32,017 bases of DNA from positions 1 through 32,017 of the forward strand of contig JAHPZE010000038.1 in assembly GCA_019058365.1 (NCBI GenBank), given 5' to 3'. Positions 1-10,993 of the stretch are shown piece by piece. Position 1 is the first letter of the stretch, and each line of letters begins with the position of its first letter. The DNA comes from Promethearchaeota archaeon (GTDB lineage: Archaea > Asgardarchaeota > Lokiarchaeia > Sigyniarchaeales > SOKP01). The position numbers were made by a program, and so were the translations under genes. A model generated the notes under the pieces. It saw nothing but the letters and a program-made list of their open reading frames with translations. It had not been told where the DNA came from and made no database searches.

Positions 1-15
1 GCTCCCCGAACACGG

Positions 16-39
16 AAAAAAATAGAAAAAAAAATAAAT
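16..39 (-). terminator. Oligo-T terminator-like tract downstream of the surface-protein gene
   Basis: A-tracts on + (AAAAAAATAGAAAAAAAAATAAAT) read as T-tracts on -, starting about 25 nt after the stop codon. Confidence 0.4.
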
Positions 40-64
40 ACTTAGATACTAAATATAAAAAAAA

Positions 65-3000
65 TTATTCTATTTCTTGTCTAAATTCCCGTCGAGCGAT
101 CAATCTTTTTCTTAAGATATACAAGGTTACTACACTGATAGCTGCGATAGAAGTTATACTTATTACTATTGCGAAGATAATAATGGGATCAATACCTTTA
201 TATTTCACATTAACTATATTAATTGATACATTCTTTATTGATTCAGTATTGTTTGCTTTGTCTACTGCATAATATGATATTATATGATTTCCTAAAGTAT
301 AATTTGATAAATTAAATGGCTGAACATAGTCAACCCATTCATCATCATCGATCTTATATTTGATCTTTGCTACACCAGTACCAAGACCATCATCCGCAAT
401 CAAAGTGAAATAGGTTGAGTTTAATACTTTGTTAGATCCACTATATGGATTAAAGGAAATGTTTGTTGCTGGTGGGATGGTATCTTTAATAACAGTTAAC
501 ATATTAAGGATTTCACCCCCTAAAGAATTGTTTGCGTAAAATCGAATAATAACATTTCCTTCTGGCATGGAATCCCAAACGAGTTGATCAATGGTTCCAG
601 TTAAGCCAGTAAAAAAGTAATTATGTAATCCCTCATCTAAAGTATACCATGTACAATTTAGAGTGCCCAATATACGAAGTATAATCTCAAACTCAAAGGT
701 TATATTATTAAAGATCTGGTTTGAAATTGGTTTTATAATATTTAAACCATAACCAACATTAAAGTTAATCTGAACCTCTCGTGTATTTATATGCTGATCA
801 CCACCAAGCGCTGGATAACCAGTATCATTTGCCCATACACATAAAATATATTCTCCATCTTCAAGAAACCAAATATCAGGATCTGTCTCATAGATCTGAT
901 AATCTGCTGTACCTCCTTGAGGTGAAAGATCCACCCAATTACTGGATGACTTATTTAAAATACCGTACCAGATTGTATCTGTATCTAAATCTGGACTCGA
1001 AATATTAACAGTAATATAATTATCTAAAATATCTTCTTGGGCTATGGAATGAACAAGAATGGTAGGTGGTGTCGAATCAATTCGATCAGCATCGTAAGTC
1101 CAACCAGAAATATCATATTCCCATACAATATCATATGTTGAATTTATTTCTATTATTCGATTTCTCCAAGAATCAGCAATAAGTACATTCCCATTAGGCA
1201 ATTTATCACAATCTCTTGGCCATAGTAAATCAATTTGAGATTGATTCACTTCCCACACTATTTTACCAATAGGATCTATTTCTATACACCGATGATTCAT
1301 TGAATCTGCGATCAAAGTATTCCCATTTTTTAATCTATCCGCATTGTGTGGTCCAAAAAGTTTTGAATGGTTTTGAGCAGGAAGAAGGGGATTAACATAT
1401 AATAAATCTCCATATTGCCAAACTATATCACCAGCAGGATTAACCTCAATTACCGTATCATAATTCCGCAATGTTATTAATGTATTTCCATTCGGTAATC
1501 TGTCAACATCGTTTAAATGGACCCAGTCATCTGGAATCGGTTCTGGATGAGAAAGATGATCAATACTTCGCCATTCCCATACAATATCATATGTAGAATT
1601 CACCTCAATTACTCTATCTTGACTCATATCTGCGATTAAGTAATTACCATTAGATAATTTATCAACATCATGCACTTCATGATTATGAGTTTCTGGACCA
1701 GTTATGGTATAATTCCAAACCACTTCATAAGTTGGTGTCATTTCAACAATATTGTTTACTAAGGGAGCTGTAGGATTTATGAGAACATCATCACAAATAC
1801 TAAAGAGATAATTGCCATTTGATAATCGTTCAGCATCCCATGTTATTTTACCTTCTTCATGATAAGACCATAAAACATCTCCTTCTGGACTGACTTCTCT
1901 TAAATTAGGAGAAATTAAAGTATTTCCGGGAAATGGTTTGGAGGGGTCATATTGAGAGCTTAAATTAATTTTGAATTTTACAACATCATAATCCCTTTGT
2001 ACTATTGCCCTGCTGGTTGGATGTGCCCCTCCTTCCATTACTATGTCTTTTGCCCATGTGTGAAGTGTATATGAATGTAAATGTTTCAGGAATACCTGAG
2101 TAGGACCAGTATATGTTATATTTCCACTTGTTAGCCAATTTTTGTCAGTATTATCATAAATTCGATAATACATCTCATCATACCAGGGATCTTGATTTTC
2201 TAAAGTGATTGTAATTGAGATAGACCCTATATAAGTTATATTACTAGGACTTTTAATATTAATTATTGGAAACAGAGTATCTAAGCGATCAGCATCATAA
2301 TTAGCCCCTAATGTATCATAATACCATACAACCTCTTTAGTATTCATATCAATTTCCCAAATTCTATTATTTCCATTACTCATTTGCGCTGTATCACAAA
2401 TTAACAGATTTCCATTAGGCAATATATCAGCATCGCGAGGCCATCCTAAATATTCATCCTCAGTGGAGGTAGGGGCATATTCCCATATTATTTCTTTAGT
2501 AGTCTTATTAACTTCGATTATACGATGATTTTCTGAATCTGCTATAAGGATCGTACCTTGAGGTGTGAATTCGGGATTATGTTGATGGTGACAGAGAGTA
2601 TAATTTCCATATTCTCCATATTCCCAAATAATATTACCTGAGGTATTAACAATTATTACCATATCAAAATTTCGTAAACTGATCATTGTCGAACCATCAG
2701 GCAAACGATCAGCATCATTTAAGTGAGTCCAATCCCATCCTCCTTCAAGCAAAGGATCTCCATCAGGAGATTGACCATAAATAAAATGATCTGCAGCGTT
2801 CCACCCCCATTTAATTGTTCCATTTCTATAACATTCTATCGCTCGATTATTAGATGTATCAGCAATTAGGAATGTTTCATGTCCATTCTCATCGTATCCG
2901 AGATAATCTACATCATGCGTAAAGTTTAGTGGACGACCACCAACGATTGAAAGATTCCATACAACGTCAGAAGTTGTAATATTTATTTCCTTGATTACAG

Positions 3001-5110
3001 CATTAGCAGAAGTAGCGCCGCCATAATCTACTGCTAAAATATTTCCATTAGGAAGCATTTCTAGATCTGCAGCACTAATAGGAGTAGACCAGGACCAGAT
3101 GGTATTTCCCGTACCATCAATAATTTTAAGTGTTGATCCATCAGCTAAAAGGGTATGATCTCTAAATTCGTAAATAGATGTACAATTAACTGTAAATATT
3201 GGACTAAGAGATCTCTCATTATTTGAACTGTTAATACAGAATCTTATTTTATTATTAATCTCAGAAAATTCATCGAATCTAACAGAACTCACTGATATCA
3301 TTTCCTTAGCTGTTGATCCATCAGAACCAGTTACAACGATTTCGGGTGATGGAAACCAATCTTGGAACATTATTGAAGCACCATGCTCAACAATTATTCC
3401 CACTTTAGCAACAGCACCCGGAATAGGGTAGTAATCCGACTGATCAAAAGCACCATCCCAAGAAGTTATTTTAATTGATCCAACATCATAATATACCGCA
3501 TATGTATCACCATCAATAGAGTACTGACCAATCCAATTGTCACCTTCCCTAATAATTCTAAGCCATATTGGACTAGATTGACTAGGTATAACCTCATTTA
3601 TTAAAGAATCTGAAATACCATTCATATAGTAAAACGAAATATTGACTTGATCTGATTCATTTTTAATAATTAATTTAAGAGCATTCATCTCATCAAGATA
3701 AACAATTATCCCTGCTGATTTATTTTCATTTAAGTTAATTATATTCATTTTAACATTAACTTCAAACGAACCCGCTATATTTTGAGTGATATAGGGTGCA
3801 TCATGTATTGTTGAATTCCAGATGTGGTCACCTGAATCTGTAAAGGTAAGACCAGTTGTATCTTCTATTAAAATGCCATTTGAAGGATTTTGAAGTTCCC
3901 AACTTTTTTGCAGATTGCCATCATTGAATTCATCGGAATATGGATTCATAAATGCTGTTGGTTCTCTCCCATTAATTGAAAAGGCGTATTGAGCTGTGTA
4001 CTTATCGATTCCATTCGTTTCATCCTGTATCGAAATATGCGCTGCTGGATTATCAACATCTGTTTGGTATGGCTGAAAATCGCTAAAAATTACTGGACTT
4101 TTAATTTCCGTGATATTGACTGTATATGTATTCGATATAGCAATATTATCATTCATATCATTAATTTTAAACTTGATTTTATTTTCATCTTCACTATAAT
4201 GATTGAAGGGGACCTCATGAACGGTCATAGTTTCAGTACTTGTCGTAGTGTTGGTACCCGTACATTCAATCCAAGGTGTTATTTCCCAATCATCAAATGT
4301 AGCATTTGTATTATCCCCAACAAACATACCTACTTGAGTTAAATGAGTTAGGGGTACGTCACTAAAACCTAAAAGATTAAAATTAGTTCCATCGAGAGAA
4401 TAGAATCCTGCAAACTCATCTCCAGAGCGGATTATTCGCATCCAGAGGTCATCTACAAGACCCACTGTGTATACAGCTATACGAGAACCTATACCACTTA
4501 TAGAAGACCATAATGCAATATTATACGATCCTGCTCCAAATGGTACAAAAGTATATTGATATAAGAAAAAATTATCAAGCTCATCGCATATTAATAGTCC
4601 TGCAATGTCCCATCCCTCCAGTAAAGTAGCGGATACTTTTACTTGTGCCGTAACATCACCCGAGATTGTTTGATACATGAAAGGAGCATTACGAGAATTG
4701 CCACCCCAAGTATGGTCACCGTTTAGATCTGTAATAGTTATATTTGTTCCACTCTCTACAAAACTACCGTTATCTTGATTGCGAAATGACCAAAAATCCC
4801 CAATTTTATTATCATTGAAATCGTCTCTATATGGATTACTAAAATTTGTAGGCTCAGATCCATTTGTGGCGAAAGCAAAATATCCCGAATCAACATTTAA
4901 GCCGCTTTCTGAATCAATTACCTGTATTGTTACATCTGGTGTTATATCATTTGTTTCATCGGGAGAAAAATTAGAAAATGATGGAGGTGTAGAACCAGCA
5001 GAACGAGGTTTTTGATGAATAGATTGATTCATTGAGGTACTATTTATTATTGTAGTAACAATTAGTATAAATAAAATAAAATATGATTTATTTCTCTTTA
5101 AAGCTTTCAT
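65..5110 (-). CDS. Large secreted, C-terminally membrane-anchored multidomain surface protein (2x Ig-like/ConA-like lectin module, 2x arylsulfotransferase-like beta-propeller, OmpL47-like domain)
   Basis: 1681-aa ORF with a basic+hydrophobic N-terminal signal (MKALKRNKSYFILFILIV). Two homologous modules begin PPSFSNFSP../PVIFSDFQP.., both followed by NPY.D.FND and W(L/M)RIIR.GD. Propeller repeats read D(A/V)DxLxNGNxLIAD, with WxHLND motifs. YYAVDKANNTE near the C-terminus is followed by a TM helix and a basic tail (RKRLIARR). Confidence 0.8.
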   Translation of the reverse strand: MKALKRNKSYFILFILIVTTIINSTSMNQSIHQKPRSAGSTPPSFSNFSPDETNDITPDVTIQVIDSESGLNVDSGYFAFATNGSEPTNFSNPYRDDFNDNKIGDFWSFRNQDNGSFVESGTNITITDLNGDHTWGGNSRNAPFMYQTISGDVTAQVKVSATLLEGWDIAGLLICDELDNFFLYQYTFVPFGAGSYNIALWSSISGIGSRIAVYTVGLVDDLWMRIIRSGDEFAGFYSLDGTNFNLLGFSDVPLTHLTQVGMFVGDNTNATFDDWEITPWIECTGTNTTTSTETMTVHEVPFNHYSEDENKIKFKINDMNDNIAISNTYTVNITEIKSPVIFSDFQPYQTDVDNPAAHISIQDETNGIDKYTAQYAFSINGREPTAFMNPYSDEFNDGNLQKSWELQNPSNGILIEDTTGLTFTDSGDHIWNSTIHDAPYITQNIAGSFEVNVKMNIINLNENKSAGIIVYLDEMNALKLIIKNESDQVNISFYYMNGISDSLINEVIPSQSSPIWLRIIREGDNWIGQYSIDGDTYAVYYDVGSIKITSWDGAFDQSDYYPIPGAVAKVGIIVEHGASIMFQDWFPSPEIVVTGSDGSTAKEMISVSSVRFDEFSEINNKIRFCINSSNNERSLSPIFTVNCTSIYEFRDHTLLADGSTLKIIDGTGNTIWSWSTPISAADLEMLPNGNILAVDYGGATSANAVIKEINITTSDVVWNLSIVGGRPLNFTHDVDYLGYDENGHETFLIADTSNNRAIECYRNGTIKWGWNAADHFIYGQSPDGDPLLEGGWDWTHLNDADRLPDGSTMISLRNFDMVIIVNTSGNIIWEYGEYGNYTLCHHQHNPEFTPQGTILIADSENHRIIEVNKTTKEIIWEYAPTSTEDEYLGWPRDADILPNGNLLICDTAQMSNGNNRIWEIDMNTKEVVWYYDTLGANYDADRLDTLFPIINIKSPSNITYIGSISITITLENQDPWYDEMYYRIYDNTDKNWLTSGNITYTGPTQVFLKHLHSYTLHTWAKDIVMEGGAHPTSRAIVQRDYDVVKFKINLSSQYDPSKPFPGNTLISPNLREVSPEGDVLWSYHEEGKITWDAERLSNGNYLFSICDDVLINPTAPLVNNIVEMTPTYEVVWNYTITGPETHNHEVHDVDKLSNGNYLIADMSQDRVIEVNSTYDIVWEWRSIDHLSHPEPIPDDWVHLNDVDRLPNGNTLITLRNYDTVIEVNPAGDIVWQYGDLLYVNPLLPAQNHSKLFGPHNADRLKNGNTLIADSMNHRCIEIDPIGKIVWEVNQSQIDLLWPRDCDKLPNGNVLIADSWRNRIIEINSTYDIVWEYDISGWTYDADRIDSTPPTILVHSIAQEDILDNYITVNISSPDLDTDTIWYGILNKSSSNWVDLSPQGGTADYQIYETDPDIWFLEDGEYILCVWANDTGYPALGGDQHINTREVQINFNVGYGLNIIKPISNQIFNNITFEFEIILRILGTLNCTWYTLDEGLHNYFFTGLTGTIDQLVWDSMPEGNVIIRFYANNSLGGEILNMLTVIKDTIPPATNISFNPYSGSNKVLNSTYFTLIADDGLGTGVAKIKYKIDDDEWVDYVQPFNLSNYTLGNHIISYYAVDKANNTESIKNVSINIVNVKYKGIDPIIIFAIVISITSIAAISVVTLYILRKRLIARREFRQEIE

Positions 5111-5412
5111 TAATAACGCCGTTTACAAATTTGTATTAAATTCGATTCACTTTTTATTTTTAAATATAATACTATCATCATCTCCTTAAAAATATTGTAG
5201 ATTCTATTAATAATTACCAGTACTGGCTGAATTTATTGCAAGTTAATAATTATTTTTCATTTTGAATAAATTTAAATCTTAATTGATCCGAATGTGATGC
5301 AATGTGATAACAGTTTTAAATTAAGCTTAAATTTACATTGATTCATAAACCATGAGAAAATAAATAAAAAAATAAATATTTAGATACTAAAAATTTAAAC
5401 AAACTTATTCAG

Positions 5413-6540
5413 ATGAATTTCTTTAAAAAATTAAATAAAGTTCTGTTTAAATACAAAACAGAATTTATCGTTTTCATTATATTTCTTTTATATTTGATTA
5501 TTATAAGAATAATAATTCCAATCGTTTATATTCCTTTTTTAGGGGAATTAGATTATGATTGGGATAGTTATTTTAGAATGTCAAATGATATCACATCTAT
5601 ATTTAGACGTGAGATAGTTGCACCATTTTGTTTTAGACCATTAATGCCATTTTTAGCTGGCTTATTACCGTTCGATTTAAGAACAAGTTATTTTTTTATT
5701 AATTTTATCGCAGTCTATTTAACCGGGATTGTACTTTTTTTCACCTTACGATTAAAATTCAGTAAAATGCTTTCAATAATAGGTCTTTTTTTTTTCTGTT
5801 TCTTAAACTACATTGAGGTTATATATAGATCTATTTTTCAATTCTTCTTTTCACCTTTTTATCATATATATTTTTATGAAATATATAATGTAGATACTCT
5901 GGCATTTCTTTTCTTAATGATTTGTTTTTATTGTATTTTATCTTCAAAAAATTCATTATATTCAATTTTTCTAGTGTTAGGATTATTAATAAAAGAAACT
6001 ATTCTGTTTACAATACCAGTATTCATTCTACATATATGTTTCGAAAGAGTAAGATCTGAGAATAAAAAAGTAAGATACTTTAGTTTATTAAAAAACTTAA
6101 TGTACATTTTACCTGGTATATTAGTTTATAGCTTAATGCACGTCTATATTATACCAAAATCTGTTGTTGGAACCGTTTGGGATTTATATTACGAAGGCAA
6201 TGAATACCTTTCAGTTGATATGATAATGATATTCGTTAAAATGAGAATTATAGATCTATTTGAAGGAAATGGCTTCTTCCAATGGACGGTTGGCATATGG
6301 GGATTAATCCTTATAATGTTGATTTCCTTCAACACAAAAGAAGAGATCTTTAAATGGATGAAACTATACGGGATTTTTATGGTTCTTATATATAGTCAAA
6401 TGTTCTTGGGAATTGCGGTTAAAAAGTATATTTATTACGGATTTTTTCCTATGATTTATTTAGGTGTCTCAGGATTAAACTGTCTAAAGGAGGGGTTACA
6501 AAATTATTTTAATTATGATTTTTTGATATATTTAATATAA
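5413..6540 (+). CDS. Polytopic membrane protein, GT-C-fold glycosyltransferase-like
   Basis: 375 aa with many TM segments. An acidic loop after TM1 (DYDWDSYFRMS), a PFCFRPLMP loop and later VDT and KET motifs are typical of lipid-linked-donor GT-C enzymes. Confidence 0.55.
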   Translation: MNFFKKLNKVLFKYKTEFIVFIIFLLYLIIIRIIIPIVYIPFLGELDYDWDSYFRMSNDITSIFRREIVAPFCFRPLMPFLAGLLPFDLRTSYFFINFIAVYLTGIVLFFTLRLKFSKMLSIIGLFFFCFLNYIEVIYRSIFQFFFSPFYHIYFYEIYNVDTLAFLFLMICFYCILSSKNSLYSIFLVLGLLIKETILFTIPVFILHICFERVRSENKKVRYFSLLKNLMYILPGILVYSLMHVYIIPKSVVGTVWDLYYEGNEYLSVDMIMIFVKMRIIDLFEGNGFFQWTVGIWGLILIMLISFNTKEEIFKWMKLYGIFMVLIYSQMFLGIAVKKYIYYGFFPMIYLGVSGLNCLKEGLQNYFNYDFLIYLI

Positions 6541-6557
6541 AGTCGTAGGTATCATGT

Positions 6558-7892
6558 ATGTATATAAATTGGACAAATCTTTCCAATAAAAAAAAGCTAA
6601 TTACTGTTTTTATAATTTCAATCTGTATCCAATTAACTATCTTTTTATTAATCCAATCTTCTGGTTGGTTGTCTCAAGTGAGTTCTGATGATCCATGGTT
6701 TGTTTTTCTAACGCAAACTATTGAACCGTACACAGATTTTAAATTTTGGTATCAGCCAACTGCAAGTCAGTTTCTATTTAAAGAGTGGTTACCTTACTTA
6801 AATTTAATTAATTTAGTCAATAATCCTGAACATTTACGTCCTTTCATTTATCCACCTCTTTTTTTTTATGTATTAATTATTCCATCTTTTATTAATGTTA
6901 ATTTGGTTGTTGTTCCTTTACTTCTATCAAATATTTTATTGCCTATCGTTGTATATAATCTCTTAAATAAAGTTTTTGAACAAAAAGTTGCGGAATGGGG
7001 ATTTATTAGCACAGCATTATGCCCATTGTATCTTTTTTATAGTGGGGGTATGGCATTAAACTCTTCTTTGATTACATTATTCTTCGTCTTATCATTATAT
7101 TATATCTCAATTAATCGGTTCAACTATGCCATAATATTTTTATCCATATCTATTCTTTTCAAACAAATAGTTATCCTTTTAGTTCCACCAATTCTGTTTT
7201 ATCTTATATTAAAATCTAACTTAGGCAGAGAAAAGGTGACATATTTGAATTATATAAAGAAATTTCTTCAATACTCAGCAATTTTGACATTAACATTATT
7301 TATAGGTTCTTTGCCTTGGATTTTGATTTCTCCTAATAATTATATAATATCATTAACTGCATATGGAACATTTAGACCAACTTTACGTCCCTATTTTGGA
7401 CCCTTATATGGACATTACAATATACCAAGATTTTGGTATGATTTTTTAATATATTTAAATGCACCATATGAAGTATTTTATGTGTTTGGATTTCTTAATT
7501 TCTCGTATGTTGGTTTAATAATTATAGAAATCGCAGTTATTGTAATGATATACTATTGGTATCAGAAGAATATTTTAGATTGGAAAAAATTTCTTAATAT
7601 TATCATTTATACAACATTTTTAACTTACCTCTTTTTTCCAAGAGGGACCTATAAATATTATTATTCCTTTTTGATCCCACTTATTGTTCTATGGATATGT
7701 TTTAATTTTGATACTGTATTGTCATACAATGGCTTCAAAAGAAAAAATTGGTTATTAACTATTATATTGGTTTCGATAACTTTTATGCTAATACATCGTT
7801 ATTATTATCAATTATTAGTTTGGGCGATATTTATCTATATTCTAATAAAGAATAGGACTTTAGCCAAAAAAAAAATTATGAAACTTTTATGA
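6558..7892 (+). CDS. Polytopic membrane protein, GT87/PMT-like (GT-C) glycosyltransferase
   Basis: 444 aa, multi-TM. Has a DFKFWY..PFIYPP loop (YPP motif) and LFKQ motif. Lies 17 nt after the previous gene, so probably co-transcribed. Confidence 0.6.
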   Translation: MYINWTNLSNKKKLITVFIISICIQLTIFLLIQSSGWLSQVSSDDPWFVFLTQTIEPYTDFKFWYQPTASQFLFKEWLPYLNLINLVNNPEHLRPFIYPPLFFYVLIIPSFINVNLVVVPLLLSNILLPIVVYNLLNKVFEQKVAEWGFISTALCPLYLFYSGGMALNSSLITLFFVLSLYYISINRFNYAIIFLSISILFKQIVILLVPPILFYLILKSNLGREKVTYLNYIKKFLQYSAILTLTLFIGSLPWILISPNNYIISLTAYGTFRPTLRPYFGPLYGHYNIPRFWYDFLIYLNAPYEVFYVFGFLNFSYVGLIIIEIAVIVMIYYWYQKNILDWKKFLNIIIYTTFLTYLFFPRGTYKYYYSFLIPLIVLWICFNFDTVLSYNGFKRKNWLLTIILVSITFMLIHRYYYQLLVWAIFIYILIKNRTLAKKKIMKLL

Positions 7893-7981
7893 ATGATACA
7901 AAAACAATATCTTTAAATGAAGACATTAGTTAACCTAAAATAACATCCAGAATCAAAAGCAAAAACCCTTATACTCTAAAA

Positions 7982-9397
7982 TCATAGTATCTCACTAGAT
8001 TTCGTAGAAAGCTCAGAAATTAAAATTTTTTTCTTTTTATAACGTTTAATAAAAAGAATGATACAATATATTGAACTAATTAAAATAATGATGATGAGAT
8101 ATAAGACTAAAGCATTTAGATTATAAATTTCTTGTCCGAAATTAAATAAAACTCCCTTACTAATACCTAAAATTATGCTTATAATTCCATAAATAATAAG
8201 AGAAATAGAGATTATAACAAAAACCATATGATACTGTTTTTTATTCTTAATATATTTACCTAAATAATAAAATGGAATTGCGACTATGATGCTTACGATA
8301 ATGATTAAGGGAATTAATAAAACTAATAATACTGTTGTTTTTTCAAATGCGAAATAATCAAAAAAAACACTGGCAGTTATGTAAATAATCAACGGGTGAA
8401 ATAAAAATATTTCATATAGTTTTTCTCCTGGAAATACCAATATTCGATTGATTCTTTTGTTTTTATTTAAAGCATTAACTATGAATATAAAAAATGTAAT
8501 GGTTAATAGCGGATTATAAAGTATTATCGGAAAGTCCAGGAAGGTATATCTCCATATTGTAAAAATAACATATGTTATCATTAGGATAATAAAAAAACTA
8601 AATGCAAGCAAACCCGATTTGCGATTCTGTAAAAATCTATAGCTTTTTTCAGGTTCTTTTCCAATCCAATATCCAATAATCATCCCAAAAAAGAAATCAA
8701 AATATCGAAGAGTTGTTACGCCAAATTGCCACCAGTATAAATCTTGCTGAAAAATTGCAAAAATATCTCTCTTTAATGTCCAAAAGATTGAATTAGAGAA
8801 AGCAAGATAAATTACATATAAGATTAGTGTTAATAGCACTGTCAATCTAAAGTTTTTTCTCAAAAAATGATAAAATACAGGAAAAATTAAATAACAAATC
8901 AGGATAAATGTAATAAACCAATGAGAGCTTTCAATGCGTAAAAAAACTGAAAGAGGCTGCGTAGGAATCGATTGCAAACCACTCATGTGAATTAGTATTG
9001 AATTAATAGAATAAAAATGACCCTTAACGAATAAATAAAAAACAACATAAGCTAAAGTTGCGATTAAAAAGATTGGAAATATTCTAACTAATCTTTTTTT
9101 ATACCATTCTTTCCATGAATGGTTATCATAATTTGATTTAGTTAAAATATATGTTAAAAGAAGCCCGCTTAAAAAGGCATACATATCCCCTGAAAAATCA
9201 CCTAATTCAATAAAAGATTTGATGATTATATTCGAATGTGTTTGTAATGGAAGGAATCCAGCGAAATAGTAACAATGCCATACTATCATTTGCAAAAGGG
9301 CTATCGTTTTTAAAGAGTTTATAGATATTGATAAACTTCCGAAGTGCTCTAGTTTTTCTTGCTCTTGGACTAAGACTAATTTTTCCTTATATCTCAT
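7982..9397 (-). CDS. Acyltransferase family 3 (OafA-like) membrane O-acyltransferase
   Basis: Contains SLKTIALLQMIVWH, FLSGLL, KRLVRIFP, HWFI and YEIFLFH, matching the Acyl_transf_3 motifs; about 11-12 TM segments. Confidence 0.8.
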   Translation of the reverse strand: MRYKEKLVLVQEQEKLEHFGSLSISINSLKTIALLQMIVWHCYYFAGFLPLQTHSNIIIKSFIELGDFSGDMYAFLSGLLLTYILTKSNYDNHSWKEWYKKRLVRIFPIFLIATLAYVVFYLFVKGHFYSINSILIHMSGLQSIPTQPLSVFLRIESSHWFITFILICYLIFPVFYHFLRKNFRLTVLLTLILYVIYLAFSNSIFWTLKRDIFAIFQQDLYWWQFGVTTLRYFDFFFGMIIGYWIGKEPEKSYRFLQNRKSGLLAFSFFIILMITYVIFTIWRYTFLDFPIILYNPLLTITFFIFIVNALNKNKRINRILVFPGEKLYEIFLFHPLIIYITASVFFDYFAFEKTTVLLVLLIPLIIIVSIIVAIPFYYLGKYIKNKKQYHMVFVIISISLIIYGIISIILGISKGVLFNFGQEIYNLNALVLYLIIIILISSIYCIILFIKRYKKKKILISELSTKSSEIL

Positions 9398-9722
9398 AAA
9401 GTTTATTCTCTTAGTTTTAAAAAACCGAATTTAAAATTTAAAAATTAAGAAAAAATAAAAATTATATTAAAATTATTTCTGGGAAACTTTATTTATTTCG
9501 CTAAAATTTTTTGATAAATTCAAATTTTATAATTTTAAAAATGTGATTATTAAGTTTTTATAAATTTGAATTTGATTTAATTACTAAAACTAATACCCTC
9601 CTAAGGAATTTTCATTATAAATGAAGCACATTTTAAGAAAATAATAAGAAATTTAATTTTTCTAAAATTCAATTTTATAATCTATAAAAAAATAATATTA
9701 AAAATTTAAGAATGGTGAAATA

Positions 9723-10982
9723 ATGGGAAAATTAGCGAGAAAAGTAGCCATGATTGGTGCTGGTATGAGTAAATTTGGAGCACATTTTCCTCTAAAGCGG
9801 AATCCAGATTTATGGGTTGATGCATGGTTAGATGCAGTAAGTAGAGTTGATAATGGTATTGATCCTAAAGATATTGATGCCTGTTATGTTGGTAATTATT
9901 CTTCAGATCTATTTAATCACCAAGGCCATCTCGGACCTCAAATGGCAGATTTGGTAGGGTTAGTCCCAAAACCAGCAGGTCGTTTTGAGGGAGCATGTGC
10001 CAGTAGTGGAATTGCTCTTAGACAAGCAATTTTAGCAATTGCATCAGGAGTTCATGATGTTATTGTGGTGAGTGGTGTGGAGTGCATGACTGAATTACCT
10101 ACTACTGGAGTAACTGATGTTTTAGCTACAGCCTCAGATAGTTTATTCGAATATCCTGCTGGAGCGACATTTCCAGGATTATATGCAACTATAGCATCAG
10201 CTCATTTTCATAAATATGGAACTACAGTGGAGGATTTAATGAGAGTTGGAATAAAAAATCATGAAAATGGGAAGGAAAATCCATATGCTCAAATGCAAAG
10301 TTCTATTTCCGATATGATGAAAAGTAAGATCGCTAAAATCGAAAAATCTGGTGGAAAAATTCCAGATTGGAAGGATGAGTTTGACTATCTTAAAAGCAGC
10401 TCAAATCCAATGATTGCTTATCCCTTGAGGTTATTCGATTGTAGCTTAATTACTGATGGTGCGGCTTGTGTATTCTTAGCAGCTGAAAACGTAGCGAAAA
10501 ATTTCACTGATACTCCAATTTGGATAACTGGCACTGGTCAAGGTAGTGCAGCATTATCTTTACATGATCGAGACGATTTAACTAGTTTTATAGCTTCTAA
10601 AGAAGCAGCACGACAAGCATATGAAATGTCAGGATTAAAACCCAAAGATATCCAAATAGCTGAAGTTCATGATTGTTTTACTATCGCTGAAATTGTAGCA
10701 TTAGAAGATTTAGGTTTTTATGAAAAGGGTAAAGCTGTTGAAGCAATTAGAAATGGAGAAACTAAACGAGATGGGTCATTACCTATAAACACAAGTGGAG
10801 GTTTGAAGAGTAAAGGCCATCCTGTAGGTGCTACTGGTGCTGCATTTTGTGTCGAAGTATTCAAACAAATGCGAGGTATAGCGGAAAGAAATAGGCAAGT
10901 AAAATTCGATGTAGAGAGAATGATGGTTCATAATTTAGGTGGTTCAGGAGCAACGTGTGTGGTGACAATTTTTGAAAAATAG
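9723..10982 (+). CDS. Thiolase (archaeal/SCP-x-type acetyl-CoA C-acyltransferase)
   Basis: Catalytic Cys in EGACASS, plus EVHDCF, KGHPVGATG and HNLGG. Preceded by a GGTGA ribosome-binding site. Confidence 0.93.
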   Translation: MGKLARKVAMIGAGMSKFGAHFPLKRNPDLWVDAWLDAVSRVDNGIDPKDIDACYVGNYSSDLFNHQGHLGPQMADLVGLVPKPAGRFEGACASSGIALRQAILAIASGVHDVIVVSGVECMTELPTTGVTDVLATASDSLFEYPAGATFPGLYATIASAHFHKYGTTVEDLMRVGIKNHENGKENPYAQMQSSISDMMKSKIAKIEKSGGKIPDWKDEFDYLKSSSNPMIAYPLRLFDCSLITDGAACVFLAAENVAKNFTDTPIWITGTGQGSAALSLHDRDDLTSFIASKEAARQAYEMSGLKPKDIQIAEVHDCFTIAEIVALEDLGFYEKGKAVEAIRNGETKRDGSLPINTSGGLKSKGHPVGATGAAFCVEVFKQMRGIAERNRQVKFDVERMMVHNLGGSGATCVVTIFEK

Positions 10983-10993
10983 AGGTGTGAAAA

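Noticed and set aside
1-15. GC-rich start of the window (GCTCCCCGAACACGG), possibly the edge of a structured RNA gene
   Set aside because: Too short to identify.
781-5015. Short + strand ORFs (781-1008, 3989-4342, 4779-5015)
   Set aside because: Antisense shadows of the 1681-aa gene.
5291-5308. AATGTGAT repeated with 10-bp spacing in the divergent intergenic region
   Set aside because: Only two 8-mers in AT-rich DNA; insufficient support.
10290-10405. Insertion in the thiolase (SSISDMMKSKIAKIEKSGGKIPDWKDEFDYL) as another intron
   Set aside because: In frame, no stop, protein-like helical sequence, and no BHB seen by eye.
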